The position numbers and the translations under genes are program-made. The notes beneath the pieces were generated by a model. That model had not been told where the DNA came from. It saw nothing but the letters and a program-made list of their open reading frames with translations, and did no database searches. A stretch of 64,000 nt of DNA from a virus: the IMG/VR virus record IMGVR_UViG_3300033064_003894, positions 64,001-128,000 of that record; one strand, 5' to 3'. Of this stretch, positions 55,552-64,000 are shown in pieces; the first letter of the stretch is position 1, and every line of letters starts with the position of its first letter.

Positions 55552-56322
55552 ATGGCAACCTCCTCAGCATTCGACTTCGAGAACAACCAGGTTCAGCGCG
55601 AGCTTCTTGGCAGCAACTTTTTAAAGGGAGAGACCACTATAATTGCTGCTGGTCCTCCGTTTCTTAACTTTATGGGAATAACTAACAATATTAGTCCTGG
55701 ATCTGGAGGAGAATCAAGAAGAACAGACGTCCCTTCCCCAGGTCGACCATACTTCGGAGCGGCCGATCTTGGCGGTGTACCAGTATTTCCAATAGGCGTT
55801 ATTGAGAATGCCAACATTGTCCAACAGAGGCAGCTGAGAAGAATACCTGAAATTGGAAGCAAGAGGTTCCACTTCGTGTCTGGAAGAACTGCTGGTCAAA
55901 TAACTATATCTAGAGTAATGTTTCACGGGCCTAACCTATTACGTGTATTGTATGCCTATATAAATCCAGATAGGTTTACTAATGCAAGCGGCTCAATTGG
56001 TGAGCTTCTTGGAAATAACGCTGATAGCCTATATTCTTCAGGCCTAGACAACGCAAAGATTCTATCTAATCCTGGTTACGCTGACTTCTTCGTAAACCTA
56101 GACTCTACTTTATTCGACTATCCATTCGGACTTATGTTCTATTTTGAAGACAACAAGAGAGAACCGTACGGCGCGTTCTACTGCGAAGAGGCGCACATCG
56201 CGGCTCACCAGATGAATATTGGAGCGTCAACTACCGTTATAGCTGAGGCCGTTACAATTCAGTATGACCAGCTCGTGCCTATTGATCTTGGCAACAACAG
56301 CCTATTTGGAAGAAGTAGCTAA
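55552..56322 (+). CDS. tail tube protein
   Basis: Follows the sheath; IGVIEN..QQR..IPEIGS..VSGRTAGQITISR; IAEAVTIQYD. Confidence 0.75.
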   Translation: MATSSAFDFENNQVQRELLGSNFLKGETTIIAAGPPFLNFMGITNNISPGSGGESRRTDVPSPGRPYFGAADLGGVPVFPIGVIENANIVQQRQLRRIPEIGSKRFHFVSGRTAGQITISRVMFHGPNLLRVLYAYINPDRFTNASGSIGELLGNNADSLYSSGLDNAKILSNPGYADFFVNLDSTLFDYPFGLMFYFEDNKREPYGAFYCEEAHIAAHQMNIGASTTVIAEAVTIQYDQLVPIDLGNNSLFGRSS

Positions 56323-56326
56323 TTCT

Positions 56327-56755
56327 CTATTCAGAGATAGACCATAGTCTAACTCTCTTAATTGTATGAAGCTTTTTCCTTGCTTCTATCATGGCTCCCT
56401 GGTTTACAGTAATGCTAAACCTTGTTTGAAGTCCAGAGTGTATGAAGTTAGCAACACGAGTTTTGTTTGGGTCATCATTGCATACAACCCTAAAGATTAT
56501 ATTCTTGATGGGGAAATCATTACAACAAAACGATTTAGACTCTGAACCGATTAGACCTCTTTCGTAAGCCTCAATATCAGAGATTGAATGAAATATACTA
56601 GATCTTACCCTGTTAGGTCTTTTTAAAAAAATTGATATAGTAAGTATATCTCCGCTACATTCGCAGTAGCGGGACATTAAATCTGAAGTTTCAATCGACC
56701 CTACGAACAGGTCGTTTTGTTTTTCTTTTAGCAGTTCTTGGTTTGGAAACATCAA
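56327..56755 (-). CDS. hypothetical protein (last gene of the Ubl operon)
   Basis: 142-aa ORF overlapping the E1 3' end. Confidence 0.4.
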   Translation of the reverse strand: MMFPNQELLKEKQNDLFVGSIETSDLMSRYCECSGDILTISIFLKRPNRVRSSIFHSISDIEAYERGLIGSESKSFCCNDFPIKNIIFRVVCNDDPNKTRVANFIHSGLQTRFSITVNQGAMIEARKKLHTIKRVRLWSISE

Positions 56756-57464
56756 GAGATTCTACTATATTTGAGGACTCTGCTTCAACAACTTTTATGT
56801 GAATCATTTGCTCCATGTCATAAAACTGCTCGAACGGATTCTTTTTGCCTAGAATCGCATTACGAACGCCTGATCCAATAATACCTGCTATAGTGAAAAC
56901 AGTAAAGACAATTGCCTTTTCTGCACACGGAAGAGGAGTAACTGGACGATTAAGGCTTTCTATGTATTTAGATGCGAGAGTTGGTCTATCTTCTGAACTC
57001 ATCATGAAGAAGGAAGCTCCAGTAGAGCCCATTCTGGCATCAATAAGATAAGATGATTTTGATCCAGACCGAGAGAGAAAGACTGATCGTCTTGAATCTA
57101 TTGAATCTAGAGCAAACACTAGAATGTCAGTTTCTCTATCCATGGACTGGTTTGCAAATTCAACTACCGGATTAATGATTAGTTCGTTTCCGCAGAAATA
57201 TTTTAACTTTTCAGCAAGAGCTTCTGACTTTTGTTTACCTATGTCACTTTCAGTAAAGAACTGACTACCAAGGTTAGCCCTTTCAACGGTGTCCATATCT
57301 ATAAGAGTTAGGTTGCTAATTCCCATCTTTGCAAGACAGAAGGCGGCATTGCTGCCTATTCCTCCGCATCCGACTACGGTTACGCTCCTGTCTTTGTAAA
57401 GCTCAGGATCAAATAATCCAAACTGTCTAGAGAATTTTTCTCTATTTACTTCTAGATCTTCCAT
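56691..57464 (-). CDS. E1/ThiF-family ubiquitin-like activating enzyme
   Basis: FSRQ, VVGCGGIGS, IDMDTVERANLGSQ, DSIDSR, IDARMG, candidate catalytic Cys in PLPCAEK. Confidence 0.92.
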   Translation of the reverse strand: MEDLEVNREKFSRQFGLFDPELYKDRSVTVVGCGGIGSNAAFCLAKMGISNLTLIDMDTVERANLGSQFFTESDIGKQKSEALAEKLKYFCGNELIINPVVEFANQSMDRETDILVFALDSIDSRRSVFLSRSGSKSSYLIDARMGSTGASFFMMSSEDRPTLASKYIESLNRPVTPLPCAEKAIVFTVFTIAGIIGSGVRNAILGKKNPFEQFYDMEQMIHIKVVEAESSNIVESLDVSKPRTAKRKTKRPVRRVD

Positions 57465-57465
57465 T

Positions 57466-59217
57466 TTAACTTATCGACTTTGCTAGTTTAACTGGTTCAT
57501 GCCTAACTATGCTTATAAGAGAGCTATTCTTTAATCCTATAGTCTTTATATATTTCAGAAGAGTATCTTCTGTCGAGCATTCATCCTCTACATCAGACAA
57601 GGGTATACCATTTTTCATTAAAGGAAGTAAGGAATAGGAAAAAGCGGCGATGCCTGTCAAATCTAATGATGACGCAGTTCCTCTAATTATAGACTCTATC
57701 GACTTTATAGTCTGAAGCATTATTGGCTCACTAATTACCTCTATTCGTTTAGATGCCGATGTTTTAGACATAAGTATCAAAACTTCTTCTGTGAACATTC
57801 CACATAGTGCGAATTTATATATTAATCTTTCTTCCTCAAGCGTAAAATTACCAATGCCTCTAATAGATTGGAAGGACACTTTTAATTTATCAAGCAGATG
57901 GTTGTCTGAGTCATACAAAGACCGAACTAAGTACTTAACAGAAATACTATCTTCTTGCTGCTTCTCTGTATCTCCAACAGAGAGGTATGAAGGAACAAAG
58001 ATCTTTTTTGTTGAGTACAGAGCTTCTGTGCCAAACGATGCCGCAATGTCATACATCGAGAATGGAGCAGATACACGCGAAAAGGCATCCTTGTAGAACT
58101 CTTTTTCAACATTTGACTTTATGTTCTTAATATTACATGCACGGCCAGAATCTTTTGCTAAGTGTATATTTTCAGATATACTCTTTAATAGGTCATTTCC
58201 AGCAGAAGTTGCTTGTATTGATGGGAGTGCGGACAAAGGAGAGTCCATAATGTACAGCATTTCTTTATCTGGATTTGCCTGAAACATTGCCACAATCATT
58301 GAGGCTAAGTATTTGCCAACTGTTCCACTTTCAACAAACAGCATTCTCTCAAATGGAACATCTCCAGAGTAATAATTCCTAAGCGCCTCGACTAGTGCGT
58401 CTTTGCCGCTGCATTTCAGACCGTCTTTGTGTATAACAAACGATACAAGTTGCTGTAATGTGAACGTTTCGTAATTGTTTCTTAATTCATATGCCCGTGT
58501 CCGAAGTGACGGTAAAATGTACGTATCTTGATCGAAACCTTTCGCAACTTTAGGTTTTTCGAAATATCCTGGAAATAAATCTAAGTCCTCGTCTTGGGTT
58601 GGATTTACCCACGGAGTGGGAGGAGCGTAGCTCTTTTTTGTTACTTTCTCTTTTATCTCTTCTACCGTCTGATCGTCTAATTCGTCGATAATAGCGATAA
58701 CAGGACACTCAATTGCGATCCTTATAGGACTAAATAGGTCTATTCTGCCAATTATCTCTTGCCTCTTGTTGAATACGCATGACAGAAAGAAACTTGAGTC
58801 TTCTCCAAGAGCTATAATTCCTTTTTCGTCTACGTCTGAGATGAACACTGGCATGTTTACGTGACTATGTCCCCAGTACCTTAGCCTAGGGTATATTGTC
58901 TTAGAGAACTCTTCAAATTTCCCTTCTTTTGTAAAAGACTCAATAAAGTCTGCAAACATTTCTTTTGTTACATTTACACTAGCACCGTCCACAAGTTGTG
59001 GCGGGATATAGAGCTTATCAACGACAAAAGTTTTCTTATCTTCTAATACATCTGCAGTTCCTAGCCAAGCTATTTCTGTGTCTACATGTTTAGTAATTGC
59101 CTGCTGCTTAATAAGCAAAGAGTTGCTCATTCTTATTGAGTAGCCCATTGAGGCCCCATCTTTTAAGCTTATGATAAACTTTTCATTTGACTTTATTTCA
59201 GTCTTCATTCTCGCCAC
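57466..59217 (-). CDS. JAB/MPN+ (JAMM) metallopeptidase with long C-terminal extension
   Basis: EIAWLG..YIPPQ..WGHSHVNMPVFISDVD (E...HxH-x7-S-x2-D). Confidence 0.88.
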   Translation of the reverse strand: MARMKTEIKSNEKFIISLKDGASMGYSIRMSNSLLIKQQAITKHVDTEIAWLGTADVLEDKKTFVVDKLYIPPQLVDGASVNVTKEMFADFIESFTKEGKFEEFSKTIYPRLRYWGHSHVNMPVFISDVDEKGIIALGEDSSFFLSCVFNKRQEIIGRIDLFSPIRIAIECPVIAIIDELDDQTVEEIKEKVTKKSYAPPTPWVNPTQDEDLDLFPGYFEKPKVAKGFDQDTYILPSLRTRAYELRNNYETFTLQQLVSFVIHKDGLKCSGKDALVEALRNYYSGDVPFERMLFVESGTVGKYLASMIVAMFQANPDKEMLYIMDSPLSALPSIQATSAGNDLLKSISENIHLAKDSGRACNIKNIKSNVEKEFYKDAFSRVSAPFSMYDIAASFGTEALYSTKKIFVPSYLSVGDTEKQQEDSISVKYLVRSLYDSDNHLLDKLKVSFQSIRGIGNFTLEEERLIYKFALCGMFTEEVLILMSKTSASKRIEVISEPIMLQTIKSIESIIRGTASSLDLTGIAAFSYSLLPLMKNGIPLSDVEDECSTEDTLLKYIKTIGLKNSSLISIVRHEPVKLAKSIS

Positions 59218-59274
59218 AAATCGATGACAAAAAAATTAATTATATTTGTTTTAAATTTTCTAGCCGATTAACGG

Positions 59275-59487
59275 CTACAGACCAGCGTCGAAGTTAGGGG
59301 CCAACATCACGTGGGACCCCGGCTGGAGCTGTACGCTCTTGTCTGCGCGAGTCCCGTTAAGGAGAACGCTGTAGTTTACCTTGGTGCTGCCAGAAGCGGA
59401 GATTGCATCCTGCACGGTCATGCCGGGCTGGAACGGAACTCTCACTTGATCTTGGCCAGGCACCTGTACGATGATTTCATTTGCCAT
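59275..59487 (-). CDS. ubiquitin-like beta-grasp protein (ThiS/MoaD-like), C-terminus ...FDAG-L
   Basis: 70 aa; GMTVQDAI, VLLNG, LQPGSHVML; AGGA Shine-Dalgarno. Confidence 0.85.
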   Translation of the reverse strand: MANEIIVQVPGQDQVRVPFQPGMTVQDAISASGSTKVNYSVLLNGTRADKSVQLQPGSHVMLAPNFDAGL

Positions 59488-59580
59488 GTTGTATTTCCTT
59501 CTTGTAAGTTTGTTGGGATTACTGAAATATTAAATAGGACTAACATGTGATATTATTCCGTACAAAGTGAAAATTTTTAG

Positions 59581-61479
59581 TTAGAATCTTGGCTCAACGT
59601 CTCTAATTTCAAAGACGCCCAGGTTTACGTCTATCGGATCAGCTATAACTTGTTGATGTCTGTTTTCTACTTCATGCCAAGCATAGCCAACATAGTTGGC
59701 ATCGCCGACTTGAGCATCGCCGACTTGAGCATCGCCGACTTGAGCATCGACGACTTGAGCCTGCTGATGCATCTCTATGAACCTAGCCAGAATAGGTTCA
59801 TTAATATTCACGTTGAGTGGTTTTGGATACTGTTTGTTATATACATCCTTTAAGTCTTTTTCTAATTTCACAAGATCTGCATGGTTAAATAAGGATGACA
59901 TCAAATCATTAATAGCAAATATTATCTCTGGCTCTTTCACCCCGTAGAAGAATGAATACTTAAGTGAAGCAGCAATCTCGGTTGTGTTGTCAATCCCTTC
60001 ATCTGAGCAAAAGTCTGAAACATAATTAATTGCGCCAACAAGATTTTTAACATTAAAGAGAATACCGTTTGAGACAAACTTACCCATAGAGATTAGCTTA
60101 CTAGACCTTATTTTTACAATGTCATTTTTAAGAGCGACAACCTTATTAGAAAAAGCGGCACTTGACAAAGTTTTACACCACAGTGAGCAAATTGTTTCGA
60201 CAGAATAATATTGTTCAGGGTTGATATAGCCCGAATCTTTGTTGTAAGTGTTCATGACCTCTGACAATAAGCTCATCATAGAAAAGATGTCACCTGTTGC
60301 GCAATATGACTTAAGCGCTCCTTCGTACGATCCTAAGCAAACTTCGTTATCCACACTTACGTGTGGATGTCTAATAGTCTCCCTAAGCCCGTGATCAGGA
60401 ATCTCAGCTCGTTCACCACATGAAGGCCCGGAAATCAAATCCGCATATGCACAAACTCTATTCGACTCAAGACTATATACGACCATTATATCGTAAAAAC
60501 CGACACTAGTAGGAGATACTTGAACACTTATCATATCTGTTTGTGACGAGACTTTTTTTATAGCACACTTGATGGTTAATCTAAATTTAACCTGGTATGC
60601 CTGAGACAAAGAGATGAATTTTGAAATGTCACGATTGAGTAAATCAGTTACTGAGCATCTTTTGCTAATATAATTGTCAGAAGAATGATCTCTATTTGAG
60701 AGTCCACTACTAAATGGCGAGCATATAACATTTTTTTTGCTTTCATTTATTAGATATCCATTAGAGATTATAGAGAATTCTTCTAACTTACAGTTATTTG
60801 TATGTGAAAAATTATTACCTTTATATATAGAAGAGTCTACGCCGTCAATTATAGCTGCAGCCAATGAAGCACGCACTATCGCTCCATTTATATTTGCCAC
60901 ACTATGAGCATACGTTTGTTTATTATATCTAGAAATGTTCAGGTTATGAATAGCTGAACTGTTAGAAGAAATCAAATATGGTCTAGGAATAATATTAAAG
61001 CATTCCTTACTTACTATTACGCCATCGTACATCTTAAGTAGACGAATAAAACTCCTAATCTCCTCGGATGACACATAAAGAACAATGTTTGTTAAATATA
61101 TCCCCTCTATTGACGAAACGAACTTCATAGTTATTGGTATTTTCTTTATTAAATAAAAATCATAAAACGCGTCATTAGATCTTTCAAATGGGAAAACTGT
61201 AATATCAAACGAATTCATTGGACCTGCACCAGATTTTATAGCAGAAGGAATTAGTGCATTGATGGTTAATGTTAATACACTTTTATATGAACCAACAGAC
61301 CGCCTTGTCTTTATATTAACTGTCTTTATTGGCCTGCCATAGAGAATAGTTACTCGTTTACTTTTCAATGGCAAGGCATCGTTCTTTTTTGGAGACCAAT
61401 GCAGTTCAGAAGTATTAACCACTGCGTGAAATAGTTTGTTAATATATGAAAGGTTGGTACGGCATGTAATTAATGCCAA
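59581..61479 (-). CDS. large protein with prokaryotic E2-like (UBC-fold) domain
   Basis: RHPHVSVDNEVCLG (cf. HPN(I/V)...CL; Cys codon 60337-60339) followed by a helix and TYN. Confidence 0.7.
   Translation of the reverse strand: MALITCRTNLSYINKLFHAVVNTSELHWSPKKNDALPLKSKRVTILYGRPIKTVNIKTRRSVGSYKSVLTLTINALIPSAIKSGAGPMNSFDITVFPFERSNDAFYDFYLIKKIPITMKFVSSIEGIYLTNIVLYVSSEEIRSFIRLLKMYDGVIVSKECFNIIPRPYLISSNSSAIHNLNISRYNKQTYAHSVANINGAIVRASLAAAIIDGVDSSIYKGNNFSHTNNCKLEEFSIISNGYLINESKKNVICSPFSSGLSNRDHSSDNYISKRCSVTDLLNRDISKFISLSQAYQVKFRLTIKCAIKKVSSQTDMISVQVSPTSVGFYDIMVVYSLESNRVCAYADLISGPSCGERAEIPDHGLRETIRHPHVSVDNEVCLGSYEGALKSYCATGDIFSMMSLLSEVMNTYNKDSGYINPEQYYSVETICSLWCKTLSSAAFSNKVVALKNDIVKIRSSKLISMGKFVSNGILFNVKNLVGAINYVSDFCSDEGIDNTTEIAASLKYSFFYGVKEPEIIFAINDLMSSLFNHADLVKLEKDLKDVYNKQYPKPLNVNINEPILARFIEMHQQAQVVDAQVGDAQVGDAQVGDANYVGYAWHEVENRHQQVIADPIDVNLGVFEIRDVEPRF
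59699..59760 (-). repeat. 15-bp in-frame tandem repeat (AQVGD x4)
   Basis: GCATCGCCGACTTGA repeated; one copy has a substitution. Confidence 0.9.
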
Positions 61480-61535
61480 GTCCTCTATTAGTGTTGCTAA
61501 ATTATTACGTAGCTTTTTCTTTTCTTTCTGGTTGC

Positions 61536-62381
61536 TTATGGCTTTACTCCTAACTCTCCCATGCAGGTCGTGTAAAATTCACACATTGTCTTTTTACATA
61601 AGAAGGAGTTTGTATTATATGCGAATATCTCTGGGTTTGATATGCCGGCCTTAATGAAGCTAATTGCCCAGTTTATTTTTTTCTCTACAAAGCCAAGGTG
61701 AGCAGCAGTTACAGGCTCTTCTATTTGTATTACCTCAGGATCTCCTCGCTTCTTAAGAAGAGCAATATCATACCTTGTAGACTTACTGTTTATACCATTC
61801 TTGTTCGCTAAATAGGCATACGAAGTATTCTGCCATCTAGACTCTATATTTCCCCATCTTTTCCAGGCGGTCTTGTTGTCTATAACAACATTGGATGTGT
61901 CAATTGTGTCTATATATCCATGGAATGGGATCTCTAGAGAATCGTCAGAAAGATGCGCCTGGACGTGTGACGGCTCTACGCTAGGGAAGACTTCTCTGTT
62001 AAACAAGATAATTCCTTTATGACAGCTTGATTTTGCAGTGTCAATCTGTTCTCCCTTAGAGCCCTCATCATCAAATATGATTTCTCCACTTTGCTCATTT
62101 ATATACGCTTCTGCGTAATCAGTTAGAACAGATACAGGCAAATCCTTTCCTTCTCTCTTTTTTGACCGGTAGTTAAAATCTAAAGTTTTATCGAAGGCTG
62201 ACCCTACAAACATTTTAAAGCTATCCCTTGTTATGGGGCGTTGCTGTAAAATATATCTCTTGTAGAATAGCTGAGGGCAAATCTCAAGAGAGGAGATTGC
62301 CGAATACGACAACCTCCTCACAGGATACAAACTACCTTTTAGAGAGTTTCGTTCTTCAAATTCATTAGAAGGGTGGGTCAT
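61536..62381 (-). CDS. PD-(D/E)XK nuclease (RecB/Cas4-like)
   Basis: LSYSAI..CP, GSAFD, GYIDTI..VIDNKT, QNTSY, C..MCEFY..C; start moved to ATG 62381. Confidence 0.85.
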   Translation of the reverse strand: MTHPSNEFEERNSLKGSLYPVRRLSYSAISSLEICPQLFYKRYILQQRPITRDSFKMFVGSAFDKTLDFNYRSKKREGKDLPVSVLTDYAEAYINEQSGEIIFDDEGSKGEQIDTAKSSCHKGIILFNREVFPSVEPSHVQAHLSDDSLEIPFHGYIDTIDTSNVVIDNKTAWKRWGNIESRWQNTSYAYLANKNGINSKSTRYDIALLKKRGDPEVIQIEEPVTAAHLGFVEKKINWAISFIKAGISNPEIFAYNTNSFLCKKTMCEFYTTCMGELGVKP

Positions 62382-62904
62382 TGGCTGGGCGATAGGTGCC
62401 CTCTCCGTAAACTGGTCTACGTTGACCCTCTCCGTAAGCGGGACTACGTTGATTCTGCGGAGGATCATTATATCTAGGCTGAGATAGCTGAGCTTGTCCC
62501 TTATTCTGACTCTGATCTCTTGGATTAAGGTCTTCAAGCTGCCCAATTGCTCCAGGCGGGTGATGTTTCACATTATAAAACACTCCTCCGTCGTTACGTT
62601 GAGAGCCATGAGACACCTCAAGGTCAAGGATCTTGCCTTTCAGCTGATCAGTTTCAAGACCTCCATCCATGCCAATAGCGTCGCAAAGCTCGCGAAGCTT
62701 CCATCCGAATTTCTTAGTATTGTATGAGCAGAATAATGATCCTGCGTTTGTTCTATAACCTATCCTTACAGAGTAGCTTGCATCTGGTTTAACAGAGGCA
62801 TTGCAATAGAATATCTCTGCTCTAAAGTTACCTTTCGGGTGTATGGGGTCTTTATCCCCTTTATTTTGTTGTTGTCCATCAGGACTATTCAGCGGAATTT
62901 TCAT
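62365..62904 (-). CDS. single-stranded DNA-binding protein-like (DUF669-type)
   Basis: PKGNFRAEI, WKLRELC, Q/P-rich linker, C-terminal NDPPF. Confidence 0.65.
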   Translation of the reverse strand: MKIPLNSPDGQQQNKGDKDPIHPKGNFRAEIFYCNASVKPDASYSVRIGYRTNAGSLFCSYNTKKFGWKLRELCDAIGMDGGLETDQLKGKILDLEVSHGSQRNDGGVFYNVKHHPPGAIGQLEDLNPRDQSQNKGQAQLSQPRYNDPPQNQRSPAYGEGQRRPVYGEGTYRPANDPPF

Positions 62905-63679
62905 CTTTTCTTGTTGTTCGTTTTTTTGCTTTTGAAAGCATCTTTTGTAAGCTGTCTATGGCAAGTTTAATTGTTGCCTCTCTAGCAGCATACGGGATAG
63001 AGTTTATCATATAGGAGGCTTTAGTCATAATTGCAGCGACTATATAGTGCGGCAATATGGTTGTGTCCGTTGTGGATATTTTAAGGTTTTCAACATTACC
63101 ACATTGAGGGCAAATCTTGTCTGCAAACTTAGAAATATTTCTAATATTAGACTGACCCATCTTAATATCTTGTATAGTCCTCTTTAGGTCTTCCTTTGTT
63201 ATCCCAGCAGGATCCCTAGTTTTTACTGCTCTTGTGATGATTTCTTCTGGTATCCCAAGAGTGTCAGACAAGACGCCGTAGAATTTCTCTTCATATTTTG
63301 TAGCACTAAACATTCGTAGCCAGATCCTCTCAAGATTTGAAACTGTTGACGCTATATTTATAGATCCAAAATCTGTTGAGTCGACCTTGTCTTTTATAAT
63401 TCGCTTTATTTCTATAATACATCGATCTTCTTCTCCTCCGATTATACATTCTATGCTTGAGTGCCCAAGTCGCTTATAAGCAGAAATTATGTTTGAGTCT
63501 TTAAAGCATAAAAAATAGTTTTCCATTCTGAATACAATTGGTTTAATTACCATTCGATTCTTCTGTATATATTCTATAGTTTTGCCTATGTTTGGTCCGT
63601 AGCCACGGACTTGTCTTATTAAGTCTAGGCTTATTTTGCCAATACCGTTCGGATGACTAAAAAGAGGTTGCTCTGGCAC
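62885..63679 (-). CDS. hypothetical protein, possibly ParB-like N-terminus
   Basis: IKPIVFR..AYKRLG..IECI weak ParB pattern; CPQC. Confidence 0.4.
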   Translation of the reverse strand: MPEQPLFSHPNGIGKISLDLIRQVRGYGPNIGKTIEYIQKNRMVIKPIVFRMENYFLCFKDSNIISAYKRLGHSSIECIIGGEEDRCIIEIKRIIKDKVDSTDFGSINIASTVSNLERIWLRMFSATKYEEKFYGVLSDTLGIPEEIITRAVKTRDPAGITKEDLKRTIQDIKMGQSNIRNISKFADKICPQCGNVENLKISTTDTTILPHYIVAAIMTKASYMINSIPYAAREATIKLAIDSLQKMLSKAKKRTTRKDENSAE

Positions 63680-64000
63680 GAACGTCCTCCTGAGGTGTTT
63701 TGAATTGCATAGTTTCTGTATCGAATACCAAGGTTACGTCAATGTTAGCCTTTCCTCTTCTATTTTTCAAGACACGAATTACAAATTTATCTTCTCCTGT
63801 GCTTACGCCAGGTCTGAAACTTCCAAGTATGATGTCAGCAGACTCTTCAGTTTGCCCACTATCTCTTCCAGAGCTTATCTCAACAATTGCCTCAGAGTTC
63901 TCTACAGATCTATTTACCTGGTGAAGATAGAAAACTGCCATTTCATGACGCTTTGCTATAGTTTTAAGTCCCTTTGCAAGTCCACTTATATGCTCATAGC
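63657..64000 (-). CDS. dnaB: replicative DNA helicase, C-terminal part (runs off the window)
   Basis: ISGLAKGLKTIAK..HQVNR..RDSGQTEESADIIL..KNRRG. Confidence 0.88.
   Translation of the reverse strand, partial: YEHISGLAKGLKTIAKRHEMAVFYLHQVNRSVENSEAIVEISSGRDSGQTEESADIILGSFRPGVSTGEDKFVIRVLKNRRGKANIDVTLVFDTETMQFKTPQEDVRARATSF

Noticed and set aside
56691-59487. Thiamine or molybdopterin biosynthesis (ThiF/ThiS)
   Set aside because: No pathway enzymes nearby; JAB and E2-like genes and the masked AG-L terminus point to conjugation
61536-62381. Cas4-like nuclease as evidence of a CRISPR-Cas system
   Set aside because: No repeat-spacer array or other cas genes seen; it sits among SSB and DnaB replication genes
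1-64000. Stop-codon reassignment as in some large phages
   Set aside because: Long conserved genes are intact in code 11; TAA, TAG and TGA all end genes; no suppressor tRNA seen

Overview
A 64-kb fragment of a large, AT-rich tailed phage with a contractile tail (myovirus-type; probably jumbo, inferred from gene content). It uses the standard genetic code and shows no CRISPR array or rRNA. Transcription and replication: a 2464-aa RNA polymerase with beta and beta' fused in one ORF and an unusual Ser...Trp-Asp intein right after the catalytic NADFDGD motif, plus RecA, the DnaB C-terminus, an SSB-like protein, a PD-(D/E)XK nuclease, RusA, dUTPase and a LigD-phosphoesterase/ATP-ligase fusion. Virion: an intein-containing GpA-type terminase and a head-neck-tail module (protease, scaffold candidates, capsid, neck, sheath, tube) whose proteins repeat a K-x-A motif. 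Other cargo: 16 tRNAs (one CAU tRNA split by a group I intron carrying a homing-endonuclease remnant), a NadV + NadM/Nudix NAD salvage pair, a Hanks-type kinase, and many glycosyl- and methyltransferases. The three most unusual elements are (1) a complete phage-encoded ubiquitin-like conjugation cassette (E2-like, Ubl ending AG-L, JAB, E1/ThiF) next to the tail tube gene; (2) an ~800-bp non-coding region upstream of the RNA polymerase packed with overlapping, mostly different palindromes, like a natural polylinker; and (3) a retron-like reverse transcriptase with a YIDN active site and no room for an upstream msr/msd, which shares a 12-bp upstream motif with the Ubl gene. All assignments come from motif recognition by eye; no database searches were run.
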